Below, piece by piece: positions 11,015 to 21,108 of a stretch of 64,000 nucleotides of DNA. The first letter of the stretch is position 1; each line of letters begins with the position of its first letter. The translations under genes were made by a program, and so were the position numbers. Origin of the DNA: Candidatus Zixiibacteriota bacterium (GTDB lineage Bacteria > Zixibacteria > MSB-5A5 > UBA10806 > 4484-95); NCBI GenBank assembly GCA_037441845.1, contig JBBIRK010000004.1:261678-325677 (forward strand). The letters are read 5' to 3'. The notes beneath the pieces are model-generated. The model was given only the letters and a program-made list of their open reading frames with translations, was not told where the DNA came from and did no database searches.

Positions 11015-12306
11015 GAATCGTGATAGCGAACAAATATTTTTATCCGAGGGGTGGCGATTGTCAATACACGTTGCGATTAATACAACTACTTGAAAGCCAC
11101 GGACACGAAGTAGCACCTTTTTCCATGCATCATCCTGACAATCTGCGTTCGGAATACGAAACATATTTCGTCGAACATATCGATTTTCAACAAGAGCTGG
11201 CGGATATGAACCTTGCCGGTGCTTTACATGTTTTATCGCGTTCGGTAAGCAATCGAAAGGCCGTTGGCCTTTTCCGACAACTGATCGAAGATTTCAAACC
11301 GGACATCATTCACTTGCAAAACATTCATCATCAACTGACGCCGGCGATAATCGGCCCGGCCATCCGAAAATCGATTCCTGTCGTCTGGACACTTCACGAT
11401 TACAATATACTTTGCCCTGATCATGCTTTTTTACGCAAAGATCGGTTATGCATGAAATGCTCCACCGGCGGATACTATCATGCGATCGTCAATCGATGCA
11501 AGAAAGGCTCTTTGGGCGCAAGCATTCTGGCCGCACTCGAATGCGCTGTTCATAATCCTTGGAAGTTGTCGAAACGCATCAATAAGTTTATCTGCCCGAG
11601 TTCATTCATGGCCCGGCTATTGGCCGAATGTAAAATCCCTCGCGACAAAATCGTCCATGTTCCGCCATTTCTACCGGACCCGAAGCTACGGGTATCCGAT
11701 GGCGATTACTTTATTTATGCAGGGCGCTTATCGGCGGAAAAAGGACTATCAATTCTGGTCGAAGCGTTTCGTCGACTGCCGCAGACCAAGCTTGTGGTAA
11801 TCGGCGATGGACCGTTAAAGAACGATCTCCATTCATTCATCGAAAATCATCGACTCGAAAACGTAAAATTAGTCGGCTTCCAGTCACCGGAGAACGTCCA
11901 AAAAATCATGGCGGGCTGTATGGCTCTGGTCATGCCCTCGATTTGTCTGGAAAACATGCCTTATGCTATCATCGAGGCTATGGCGTGCGCCAAGCCGGTA
12001 ATCGCCTCAAACCTGGGGGGTATGCCGGAGATGGTGGAACATGGGGAAAACGGACTGCTTTTCGAACCCGGCGACGTCGATTCCCTTGTAAACTGCGTCA
12101 ATCAACTCGTCTCCAGCCCCGAATCGGCGAGAAATATGGGATTGCAAGGTGCGGAAATATTTCGTAGGCGTTACTCGGTTGAAAATCACTATCGAAACAT
12201 AATGAAAGTTTATAACATGGCGTTCGATAATAATATTGAATTCCCATATTCCGATTTGCATGACCGTCCGGAAAAAGGGAAGGGCAAGGCGATAACGCAA
12301 CTATGA
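11011..12306 (+). CDS. GT4 glycosyltransferase with Cys-rich insert
   Basis: ATG at 11011 overlaps the previous stop (MRIVIANKYFYPRGG). TLHDY..LCP...CMKC...C, GRLSAEKG, EAMACAKP. Confidence 0.9.
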   Translation: MRIVIANKYFYPRGGDCQYTLRLIQLLESHGHEVAPFSMHHPDNLRSEYETYFVEHIDFQQELADMNLAGALHVLSRSVSNRKAVGLFRQLIEDFKPDIIHLQNIHHQLTPAIIGPAIRKSIPVVWTLHDYNILCPDHAFLRKDRLCMKCSTGGYYHAIVNRCKKGSLGASILAALECAVHNPWKLSKRINKFICPSSFMARLLAECKIPRDKIVHVPPFLPDPKLRVSDGDYFIYAGRLSAEKGLSILVEAFRRLPQTKLVVIGDGPLKNDLHSFIENHRLENVKLVGFQSPENVQKIMAGCMALVMPSICLENMPYAIIEAMACAKPVIASNLGGMPEMVEHGENGLLFEPGDVDSLVNCVNQLVSSPESARNMGLQGAEIFRRRYSVENHYRNIMKVYNMAFDNNIEFPYSDLHDRPEKGKGKAITQL

Positions 12307-12318
12307 GGAGTTATAACC

Positions 12319-13467
12319 ATGAATGCCTGTGTTATCTCGACTTTTCGCTGTAACGCCAGATGTCATATGTGCAATATCTGGAAATTTCCCACCCGGGCCG
12401 GTGAGGAAATCGACCTTGACACGATATCGCGGCTTCCAAACGGATTAGGGAGAATAAACCTAACCGGCGGCGAGCCGATGCTACGGAACGACATCGAAGA
12501 ATTAGTTGGAATCGTATATGGCAAATGCCGAAAAGTGGAAATCAGCACCAACGGTTACTATACGGAAAGATTGGTCAAAATCGCCGAAAAGTTCCCGCGA
12601 GTGATGATCAGAATAAGCCTCGAGGGGCTGCCTGCGCTGAACGATAGACTTCGTGGAATCCCAAACGGTTTCGATCACGCTTTGAGGAGTATGCTGGAAC
12701 TGAAGAAAACGAAGGTCAAAGATTTAGGATTTTCGATCGTGATTTGCGATAAAAATGTCGGCGATCTTTTAAGCCTGTACGAATTGTCTGCAGGCCTTGG
12801 GGTGGAGTTCGCCCAATCGACAATGCATAATTCCTGGTATTTTCACAAATCGGATAACGCGATCGAAAGGCGGGAATTGGTTCTCGACGAATTGGAAAAA
12901 TTCATCGCCGTCCTGCTCGGTTCGCGCAGAGGTTCTTTTCGCTTGCGAGTCAAGGATTGGCTGAGAGCCTATTTCAATGCCCGCATCTACAACTATATCA
13001 AATATAATCGTAGCTGTCAGGGAATATGCAGCGCGGGCACTGATCTGTTTTTCGTCGACCCAGACGCCAATATACTTCCTTGCAACGGCAGCGATCGAAA
13101 ATGGATCATGGGTAATCTGAAAGAGCATTCGTTTGCCGATATCTGGAATGGTCCACGGGCAGAAGCTATCAGAAAGATAGTAAGCAGATGCAGTAAAGAC
13201 TGCGCTTTCGTGGGCACGGCGCGTTTCGATATGCTGCGCCATCCCCATAGCACCTTAGGCTGGATATTAGCGAATAAGATCAGGCTCCATTATAAGAAAC
13301 CCATAATAATCGAAAGCGGATCGATGGGTAATTTTCACCGAGTCACTTCATCAGCCGACAATAATGAAGTGTTAGGAGAGAATTCCATTGCACAACATCA
13401 TTGCGTCAAATCAGAAGAGGAACGTTTCCAATCTTCCGGTCGAATCTATTCCGGTACGCGTTCCTGA
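12319..13467 (+). CDS. radical SAM protein with SPASM/twitch domain, in glycan locus
   Basis: CNARCHMC, TGGEP, C-terminal CSAG...PC...C..C. SD GAGGAG. Confidence 0.9.
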   Translation: MNACVISTFRCNARCHMCNIWKFPTRAGEEIDLDTISRLPNGLGRINLTGGEPMLRNDIEELVGIVYGKCRKVEISTNGYYTERLVKIAEKFPRVMIRISLEGLPALNDRLRGIPNGFDHALRSMLELKKTKVKDLGFSIVICDKNVGDLLSLYELSAGLGVEFAQSTMHNSWYFHKSDNAIERRELVLDELEKFIAVLLGSRRGSFRLRVKDWLRAYFNARIYNYIKYNRSCQGICSAGTDLFFVDPDANILPCNGSDRKWIMGNLKEHSFADIWNGPRAEAIRKIVSRCSKDCAFVGTARFDMLRHPHSTLGWILANKIRLHYKKPIIIESGSMGNFHRVTSSADNNEVLGENSIAQHHCVKSEEERFQSSGRIYSGTRS

Positions 13468-14692
13468 TTCGATAGGCTCTCATACCAGCAGCGCACTCAC
13501 GCTCAGGCGTTCGGGAGAAGGCAAATATGCGACCGGCCTTAAAATCGCCATGGTCGGTCAAAAAGGGATTCCCGCCATTTACGGCGGCATCGAGCGCCAC
13601 GTCGAAAACCTTAGCGTTGAATTGGTCAAACTCGGACATGAAGTAACCGTGTACTGCCGCCCATATTACTGCCGCGACTTGGACGCTTTGGTCGACTCGG
13701 AAAATCCCGGCCGCTTTCGTCACCGCGGCATAAACTTAGTGATGCTTCCTTCAATCAGGACAAAACATCTGGACGCGATCAGCCATTCGATTTTGGCGGC
13801 GATGAGTGCAAGCTTTTCCAATTTCGATATCGTTCATTTTCATGGAATCGGTCCGTCACTTGCCAACATGATTCCGCGGCTTGCCGGCAAAAAAGTCATA
13901 TCAACCATCCATGCCCTCGACTACAAGCAAAAGAAATGGGGCAAGACGGCGCGCACTTTTCTCAAGCTCGGCTTTTATATGGCTTCGACAAAGTCGAATC
14001 GAGCTATTTGCGTTTCCAATACGTTCTTCAGCGTTATGAAAAGCCAAGATAGAGCGGTCCATATACCCAACGGGGTCGATGAACCGGTTCCTTGGGGCAT
14101 GAGGGAAAAATCATGGTTAAGAGAAAAGGGGCTTGAACCCGGGGGCTATCTGCTTTTCGTGGGCAGATTGATAGAAGATAAAGGATGTCATCTGCTTTGT
14201 CAGGCCATAGAACAAATCGAGGGGTACAAACTGGCGATAGCCGGTCAAGCTTGTTTCACCGATGATTATGTCTCACGCCTGAAAAAAACGGCTGGCCCCA
14301 AGTCGATATTTCTCGGAAATGTCACCGGTTCGAGACTATCCGCTCTATATTCCAACAGCGTTTTATTTGTGCTGCCCTCTGCCGTGGAAGGATCGCCCAT
14401 TGCCGTTATGGAGGCCATGCGACATGGAGTGCCGGTTCTCGTATCCGATATTCCCGAAAATCTGCAACTCGTCAAACCGTCTGAAAATCGAAAATTCGGC
14501 TTGTATTTCCGTTCCTCCGACACAGCTCATCTTTTGCAGATGATTAACTATGCCATCGGGCGCAAGGAAAAGCTCATCCAATTGGCTCGAGCCGCAAAAA
14601 TATACGTGATCGAAAATTTTGGTTGGCCGCAGATCGCCAAGAAAACCCAAGACGTGTATTACGAAGCGCTGAATCGCTCCGGAATCGATTGA
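13388..14692 (+). CDS. GT4 glycosyltransferase
   Basis: KIAMVGQKGIPAIYGGIERH, VGRLIEDKG, EAMRHG. TTG start after AGGAG; exact start uncertain. Confidence 0.88.
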   Translation: MHNIIASNQKRNVSNLPVESIPVRVPDSIGSHTSSALTLRRSGEGKYATGLKIAMVGQKGIPAIYGGIERHVENLSVELVKLGHEVTVYCRPYYCRDLDALVDSENPGRFRHRGINLVMLPSIRTKHLDAISHSILAAMSASFSNFDIVHFHGIGPSLANMIPRLAGKKVISTIHALDYKQKKWGKTARTFLKLGFYMASTKSNRAICVSNTFFSVMKSQDRAVHIPNGVDEPVPWGMREKSWLREKGLEPGGYLLFVGRLIEDKGCHLLCQAIEQIEGYKLAIAGQACFTDDYVSRLKKTAGPKSIFLGNVTGSRLSALYSNSVLFVLPSAVEGSPIAVMEAMRHGVPVLVSDIPENLQLVKPSENRKFGLYFRSSDTAHLLQMINYAIGRKEKLIQLARAAKIYVIENFGWPQIAKKTQDVYYEALNRSGID

Positions 14693-14693
14693 A

Positions 14694-15692
14694 TCAGGAG
14701 ATTTCTTTTCTTATATCGGCGGTTGCCAGCACGATTCGGCGAAGTTTTTCTTTGGCTTCATCGACCGTTCTTGTTTTCAAACCGCAATCGGGATCAATCC
14801 AGATTTGTTCGGCGGGAATATATTCGAGCGCTTTTCTGATCCGGGATTTGATTAATTCAAGATCCTCGATAGTGTGACTGTGGACGTCAACTACACCGAA
14901 CGAGATATCTTTGGTGAAAGGATGCTTATTGAACAGTTCGAGCATATCGAGCCCCGAATTAGACATTTCCAAGTCCAAGTTGTCCACAGGCAAATCCAAC
15001 ATGCGGGGATAAATCTTTTCAAACGCACCATAGCATATATGGGTTATGAAATAGGCGTTCAAACCATCGACAACCGCATGCATGGTTTCGATCGCCGTTT
15101 CCAATTCGTCGGGACGCACCGAAATTGCGGGTTCATCGATTTGAATGATTTTGCAGCCGGCATTTATCAGCGCTTCAACTTCTTTTCTGATCGATCCGGC
15201 TAAAGCCAGCGCCGCGGCCCTTCTGTCTGGATAATACTCGTTGAATGACCAATCCATTATCGTATAAGGGCCGGTCAACATTCCCTTCACCGGCCGGCGA
15301 GTTTTGGCCTGAGTATATCTCCACCAGTTCACTGTCAACGGCCCCGGCCAGCCGATCTCTCCAGTTATTATCGGCTTGTTATAGTAACGGTTGCCATAGG
15401 ATCTGACCAAACCGCCCTTACTGAACCCCGGAAGCAATTCCGCAAAATAGGCGACCATGTCCCCGCGATACATCTCGCCGTCGACACTGACGTCTATACC
15501 GATTTCCTCTTGAAAATCGATCCATAGATCGGTTGCCTGTTTTTCCAAATCGACCAGTTTCGAACGATCGATTTTGCCGTTTTTGAAATCGGTGCGCGCC
15601 CCCATTAACCAATCCGGTTTGGGAAAAGACCCGACACTGCTGGTCGGCAACAACGGTAAATTCAATTCAAGCGATTTCAATTTGTCACGCAC
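14694..15692 (-). CDS. metE: cobalamin-independent methionine synthase, catalytic (C-terminal) half
   Basis: VGSFPKP, DGEMYRGDMV, KGMLTGP, and Zn ligands in THICYG, LEMS and PDCGLKT. Confidence 0.88.
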   Translation of the reverse strand: MRDKLKSLELNLPLLPTSSVGSFPKPDWLMGARTDFKNGKIDRSKLVDLEKQATDLWIDFQEEIGIDVSVDGEMYRGDMVAYFAELLPGFSKGGLVRSYGNRYYNKPIITGEIGWPGPLTVNWWRYTQAKTRRPVKGMLTGPYTIMDWSFNEYYPDRRAAALALAGSIRKEVEALINAGCKIIQIDEPAISVRPDELETAIETMHAVVDGLNAYFITHICYGAFEKIYPRMLDLPVDNLDLEMSNSGLDMLELFNKHPFTKDISFGVVDVHSHTIEDLELIKSRIRKALEYIPAEQIWIDPDCGLKTRTVDEAKEKLRRIVLATADIRKEIS

Positions 15693-16659
15693 CGACGCCT
15701 CCTTTGAGAACGGCCGATAGGTCGGCGCATGACTTCAATTTATCGAAAGCCTTATCGCGGGGCAAAAATTCGAGCCCGCAAGACGGCATAATATATAACT
15801 TTTCTGATTTGACATTTCGCATCAATTTTTCGATTCGATCGACAAGCTCATAAAGATTTTCCATCAAGGTGTTCCGGCAATCTACAATTCCTATACCGAG
15901 ATTGGAATCGAATCCCAGCAATGCATCTTCGATACCGGGGGAATACGTAAAATCGAATGCGAATCCATGAACCGGCAACGTTTTTAATTTATCGATCAGC
16001 GGAACGCAGTTGCCAAAATAAAACGCTAATATGATCTCTGGACAATCGTGCCCCTTCATCATCAAGGAATAGGTATCGGTTAAGAGCCCGAACCCGTCCA
16101 TATCATTCAATAAACATGGTTCGTCGAGTTGAATCAGCAGCGCCCCTGCCGCTTTCAGCCTCTGTAATTCCTCGCCGTAGATTAAGGCGAGCGCCTCGAG
16201 AGCGTCCTCGAAATCCACGTTCGACTTCGCCAACCGCAACAAAGAATAAGGCCCTATCATGGTAAGACTAGCTTTGTCTCCCGAATTCGATCTGACGAAT
16301 GCATAGTCTTCGATAAATAACGGCCCTTTGGAGCTCGGGAGCCGCGTCAATTCCGGCTGACGATAATAAAAGTTGGTGTCAAAAAAGCGAAGCAGGCCGC
16401 CTGTTCGGAACCCGTCTATTTTCGTGGATACGTGCGATACCGGATCATAGGCGCGAATCAGACCATCGGTAACGAAATCCACTCCCGACTTTATCTGTTC
16501 GTCGATCGCCGATTTTATCGTTTCGTCGAGAATCGAGTTGAATTCCGCCTGACTTATTTTTCCTGCGTCGAGTCGATGATAAGCTCTTCTTAACCGCTGC
16601 TGTTCGGGCGAATCACCTATGCGGGGGTATGTCGAATGATTTTTGGAGTATATTTTCAT
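15685..16659 (-). CDS. MetE N-terminal-half-like protein (partner of split MetE)
   Basis: YPRIG, RFFDTNFYYRQP, QLDEP, FYFG, PSCGLEFLP. Lacks the HxC Zn motif. Overlaps the catalytic-half gene by 8 nt. Confidence 0.82.
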   Translation of the reverse strand: MKIYSKNHSTYPRIGDSPEQQRLRRAYHRLDAGKISQAEFNSILDETIKSAIDEQIKSGVDFVTDGLIRAYDPVSHVSTKIDGFRTGGLLRFFDTNFYYRQPELTRLPSSKGPLFIEDYAFVRSNSGDKASLTMIGPYSLLRLAKSNVDFEDALEALALIYGEELQRLKAAGALLIQLDEPCLLNDMDGFGLLTDTYSLMMKGHDCPEIILAFYFGNCVPLIDKLKTLPVHGFAFDFTYSPGIEDALLGFDSNLGIGIVDCRNTLMENLYELVDRIEKLMRNVKSEKLYIMPSCGLEFLPRDKAFDKLKSCADLSAVLKGGVGA

Positions 16660-16773
16660 CTTCCACCAATGATTATCGGCTCTTAACCGAGAGGAATGAA
16701 TAGCGTCGGAGTTTCGAACTTAGTCCTGGTAATTTATTTTCTTGCGCCGAAAAAATCGCCTTCGCTGATGATT

Positions 16774-17967
16774 TCAAGCTTGATTTCCCTTTTCAATCGG
16801 CATGCCGAAATTGGAAATAGACTCCATCGCTTCCTCTATCAAGATTCTGGAAATAACTATCCTTTGGATTTCGGATGTTCCCTCGCCGATCTCGCAAAGT
16901 TTTGCATCGCGGTGCATCCTTTCAACAGGATAGTCTTCCGTGTATCCTTCGGCGCCGAGTATGACGATCGCATTATAGGTAACGAAATTAGCCACTTCCG
17001 ACGCATACAATTTGGCCATCGCCGACTCCTTGGAATAACGCACGCCGGGCTGGTCTTTCAAAACGGCTGCATGATATACCAGATGTCTTGCTGCCTGAAT
17101 CTGGGTCGCCATATCGGCCAATTTGAAAGCGATAGCTTGAAAGCCTGCGATCGCCTGACCGAATTGCTTGCGCCTTATGGCATACCTTACGGCTACGTCA
17201 TATGCCCCTTGGGCGATTCCTAATGCCATGGCGGCTATCGATACCCGTCCGCCGTCGAGAGTGATCATGAATTGTTTGAATCCCTGGCCTTCCTCGCCCA
17301 GCCGATCGGATTCGGGGATAAACATGTCTTCGAAATGAAGCACTCGGGTGTCCGATCCTCTCACGCCGAGCTTGTTTTCTTTTTTGCCGACAATGAAACC
17401 GGGGGTTCCTTGTTTCAATATGAAAGAAGTAATCCCCTTGACTCCGGCTTCACGCGAAGTGCGGGCGGTAAACACCATAGTCGAACAAACACCGCCGCTG
17501 GTGATCCAACACTTCGAACCATTCACACGATAGCCGCCGTCGACTTTGGAAGCGAAAGTGCGGGTTCCCCCGGCATCCGATCCAGCCCCGGGTTCGCTCA
17601 AGCCGAACGCCGCCAATTTTCCGCCGCGCGTGATTTCAGGCAGATACTTCTGCTTTTGGCTTTCCGTGCCGAATCGATAAATCGGATAGGTTCCGAGCGA
17701 GTTGTGCGCGGCTACGATTATCCCCGTCGACGCGCATACCCGCGAAAGCTCTTCGACAGCCAAGATGTATGTCAGGGAATCGGTAAAAGTGCCGCCGTAT
17801 TTTTTATCGACTTGCATACCCAACAAACCCAACTCGCAAAGCTTGTCGATCATGTCTTGCGGGTAAACTTGCTGAGTATCGAATTCGGCCGCTCGAGGCA
17901 TTATCTCGCCTTCGGCGAACTCCCGGATCCTATTCCTGAATTCCTCGTGTTCTTTACTTAACCACAT
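16774..17967 (-). CDS. acyl-CoA dehydrogenase
   Basis: LSEPGAGSDA, GSKCWIT, RKQFG, EIGEGTSEIQR. Confidence 0.95.
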   Translation of the reverse strand: MWLSKEHEEFRNRIREFAEGEIMPRAAEFDTQQVYPQDMIDKLCELGLLGMQVDKKYGGTFTDSLTYILAVEELSRVCASTGIIVAAHNSLGTYPIYRFGTESQKQKYLPEITRGGKLAAFGLSEPGAGSDAGGTRTFASKVDGGYRVNGSKCWITSGGVCSTMVFTARTSREAGVKGITSFILKQGTPGFIVGKKENKLGVRGSDTRVLHFEDMFIPESDRLGEEGQGFKQFMITLDGGRVSIAAMALGIAQGAYDVAVRYAIRRKQFGQAIAGFQAIAFKLADMATQIQAARHLVYHAAVLKDQPGVRYSKESAMAKLYASEVANFVTYNAIVILGAEGYTEDYPVERMHRDAKLCEIGEGTSEIQRIVISRILIEEAMESISNFGMPIEKGNQA

Positions 17968-18007
17968 AATCTATTCTATCTCTTCCCATTAGATAATCGA
18001 TCTCATG

Positions 18008-19168
18008 TCAATTTTTTCCGGATTCCGCCACCAAATTACGGAAAATGACCATTCTCTGTGCCTCTGATGTACCCTCGTATATTTCGGTCACCCGAGCATC
18101 CCGGAAATATCTTTCCACGGCGTATTCCTTTACATATCCATATCCGCCGTGAATCTGCACCGCCTGATTGGCCACCCAATTCGCGGTTTCGGAGGCAAAG
18201 AGCTTGGCCATCGAGGCTTCTTTGGAGACCCGCCGCTTGTCTTTGAGGACCGCCGCCCGATATACCAACAATCTTGCGGCATCGATTTTCATAGCCATGT
18301 CGGCCAATTTGAATTGAATCGCCTGAAAATTGGCCAGCGGTTGGCCGAATTGTTGCCTCTCATGAGCGTAACGAAAAGCCTCTTCAAAAGCGGCCTGGGC
18401 GATCCCCACCGCCTGCGCCGCAACCCCTATGCGGCCGTTATCAAGCAGACTCAAAGCGATCTTGAATCCTTTATTAAGTTCTCCTATCAAATTCATCTTG
18501 GGCACTCGACAATCGACAAACGATACCTCCCTCGTATCCGAAGCTTTCAGCCCCATCTTTTTTTCGTTCTTCCCGATATTCAATCCGGGGGTACCTTTTT
18601 CCACCAACAAGCAGGAAATTCCTTTCGTGCCGGCGGTTTTATCGGTTCGTACGAAAACAACGAACAGATCGGCATGACCCGCTGAAGTTATCCATGATTT
18701 CGTGCCGTTCAATACGAAATATTCTCCTTGATCGACAGCCATACATTGCAATGATCCGGCATCGGTACCGGCGCCGGGCTCCGACAGGCAATATGAACAA
18801 ATTAATTTGCCCGCAGCCATTCCCGGAAGATACTTCTGCTTTAGTTGATCGCTGCCATATTCATAAATCGCCCTGCAGCATAAGGAATTATGCACGGAAA
18901 GACCGATCATGACCGCCGCCGAACCACGCGCCAATTCTTCCATTGCGCAGGCGTATGAAAGGGTATCCAAACCGAGACCGCCGTATTGCTCCGGCAAGAG
19001 CATACCGTAATACCCGAGTTCGGCAAGCTCCTTGAATATTTCATCGGGTATTCTTTCTTCTTCATCCATCTTTTCCGCGATCGGTCGCAATTTTTTTTCG
19101 GCGAATTCACGCGCCGCCTCGGCCATCAATTTTTGATCTTCACCAAGTTCGAAATCCATACCAATCAC
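18008..19168 (-). CDS. acyl-CoA dehydrogenase (butyryl/short-branched type)
   Basis: LSEPGAGTDA, QIHGGYGY, EIYEGTSEAQR. Confidence 0.95.
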   Translation of the reverse strand: MIGMDFELGEDQKLMAEAAREFAEKKLRPIAEKMDEEERIPDEIFKELAELGYYGMLLPEQYGGLGLDTLSYACAMEELARGSAAVMIGLSVHNSLCCRAIYEYGSDQLKQKYLPGMAAGKLICSYCLSEPGAGTDAGSLQCMAVDQGEYFVLNGTKSWITSAGHADLFVVFVRTDKTAGTKGISCLLVEKGTPGLNIGKNEKKMGLKASDTREVSFVDCRVPKMNLIGELNKGFKIALSLLDNGRIGVAAQAVGIAQAAFEEAFRYAHERQQFGQPLANFQAIQFKLADMAMKIDAARLLVYRAAVLKDKRRVSKEASMAKLFASETANWVANQAVQIHGGYGYVKEYAVERYFRDARVTEIYEGTSEAQRMVIFRNLVAESGKN

Positions 19169-19180
19169 CTCAAATTTATG

Positions 19181-20053
19181 TTATTTCTCGTAAACATAAA
19201 ATCCGCGTCCGCTTTTTCGACCGAGATAACCCGCCTGCACCATTTTCCTCAACAACGGACACACCCTATACTTCGGATCCAAAAATCCCTCGTGCAACAC
19301 CTCTAAAATGGCAACGCACACATCCAGGCCGATAAAATCGGCAAGGGTCAATGGTCCCATGGGGTGATTCATGCCCAGTTTCATGACCGTATCTATATCC
19401 TCGGCGCTCGCCACACCTTCCATCAAACAATAAGCCGCCTCATTTATCATCGGCATAAGCAACCGATTGGCGACAAAGCCGGGATAATCGTTTACCTCAA
19501 CCGGTGTCTTATCGAGCTTAAGACAAATCTCCTTGACCGTCCGGAATGTTTCATCGGACGTTACCAGTCCTCTTATAATCTCGACCAATTTCATCACCGG
19601 CACCGGATTCATGAAATGCATGCCTATCATGCGGTCGGCTCTTCCGGTCACGGCGGCCAATGCCGTAATCGGCAGGGAAGAGGTATTGCTGGCGAAAATC
19701 GTTTGCTTGGGACAAATTCGGTCAAGTTTTTCAAACAAGTCGTTTTTTGCGGTGCGATCCTCATAAATGGCTTCGACAATCAATTCCCGATCGGCCGTTT
19801 CGTTGAGATCGGTCGTGGGCTTGATCCTGCCCAAAATTTCAGGGATCGCTTCTTGTCCTATGACGCCTTTTTTGGCTTGTCTTTCCAGGTTCCCTCTTAT
19901 AGTTGCAAGGGCGCGATCCAGAAATTCCTTTTTCGTATCAACCAGCAAAACATCATACCCATACTGCGCAAAGGTATGAGCTATTCCGTTTCCCATCGTC
20001 CCCCCGCCGATCACCGCAATTTTATTCACCTCTCCATCCTCCACTATTTTCAA
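19181..20053 (-). CDS. hbd: 3-hydroxybutyryl-CoA dehydrogenase
   Basis: GGGTMGNGIA, SNTSS, GMHFMNP, NHPMGPL. True start may be GTG at 20029. Confidence 0.95.
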   Translation of the reverse strand: MKIVEDGEVNKIAVIGGGTMGNGIAHTFAQYGYDVLLVDTKKEFLDRALATIRGNLERQAKKGVIGQEAIPEILGRIKPTTDLNETADRELIVEAIYEDRTAKNDLFEKLDRICPKQTIFASNTSSLPITALAAVTGRADRMIGMHFMNPVPVMKLVEIIRGLVTSDETFRTVKEICLKLDKTPVEVNDYPGFVANRLLMPMINEAAYCLMEGVASAEDIDTVMKLGMNHPMGPLTLADFIGLDVCVAILEVLHEGFLDPKYRVCPLLRKMVQAGYLGRKSGRGFYVYEK

Positions 20054-20525
20054 GTATTTCTTGATTCCGCCAAATGCCGTTACCCGGCACGTGAATTATT
20101 TCACCGGGTAATTCTAATAAAACGGTGTATTTTAGTAAATACCTTTCTATCAAGCAATCGATTATATCAGGGTTTCAATGGATAAATGCTTCAATATTAA
20201 ATCGATGCTTAGGCATTTTTGTTTAATGCGAAATTCCCAATGTAAAGAAGTATCGAGGAATCTCCATCTTTAATTGTGAAAGACAATTAAATCTCCGCCG
20301 GGGGACTTTCGAAGGTTTCGCCGGTTAGTGAACGCATTTTGCCTGATCAAAAAATATACATATCTCAAAATTTGAACATTTTCAGCCCATTTACGACTTG
20401 AAACAAATTCCGCAAAAATCATCGAGGCGCCCGCTACTTGTTGATCGGCAAAGAGTTGTACTGATGTTGAAATTTGAAACGATCGGGCATGGCTTTTTCT
20501 ATAAATGTCTGCGGGAGGAGACAAC

Positions 20526-21083
20526 ATGCACGCACATGCCTTAATTTCGGATTTATTCAAATATAACACGGCTTTCCTGACGAAAAAATTGACCGGAATT
20601 GACAGGGCAAAACTTTTCGTCAGACCAAATCACACCATGAATCCGATAATCTGGATTTTCGGTCATATCGTATTTTCCAGATCGGAGCTGCTCGAATCCA
20701 TGGGAATCGGTTCACCGGCGTCCGATCTGGCCGACTTTTTCGCCTCGGGAACATTCCCTCTTAATGATCCGGCGGAATATCCACATTTCGACGATCTTGT
20801 GGCGCAGTACGGCACCCTGGGCGAAAAAATCTGCGAGGCGCTGACCAAAGGCGGAGAGGAACTGTTAAACCGCCGCTGCTGGGGGAAATACGATACGGTG
20901 GGGAAGACGATCGTGGCCGGTTACATTCACGAATCGAATCATATCGGACAGATAAGCAATACTTTGATATTCACCGAAAAAACGGCGATCGGCCAATCGC
21001 GCATGAATCTGACCACTCGCCGCAAAAACAGCACTGGGAAAATACTGCTCGATGGTTTGAAATCGGTGTTGACCGTAAAGTGA
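20526..21083 (+). CDS. DinB/YfiT-family protein
   Basis: NPIIWIFGH...HESNHIGQ His triad. SD GGAGGAG before ATG 20526. Confidence 0.8.
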   Translation: MHAHALISDLFKYNTAFLTKKLTGIDRAKLFVRPNHTMNPIIWIFGHIVFSRSELLESMGIGSPASDLADFFASGTFPLNDPAEYPHFDDLVAQYGTLGEKICEALTKGGEELLNRRCWGKYDTVGKTIVAGYIHESNHIGQISNTLIFTEKTAIGQSRMNLTTRRKNSTGKILLDGLKSVLTVK

Positions 21084-21108
21084 CATGATAACAAGGAAAG
21101 GAGGGAAA

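Noticed and set aside
3030..14692. Glycan locus as a tRNA-integrated island
   Set aside because: It lies on the 5' side of the tRNA, and I found no integrase or duplicated tRNA 3' end.
16660..16773. SAM, SAH or cobalamin riboswitch before split MetE
   Set aside because: No conserved core motifs are recognisable.
20484..20500. sigma54 promoter before DinB (GGGCATGGCTTTTTCT)
   Set aside because: The conserved -12 GC is replaced by TC, so support is too weak.
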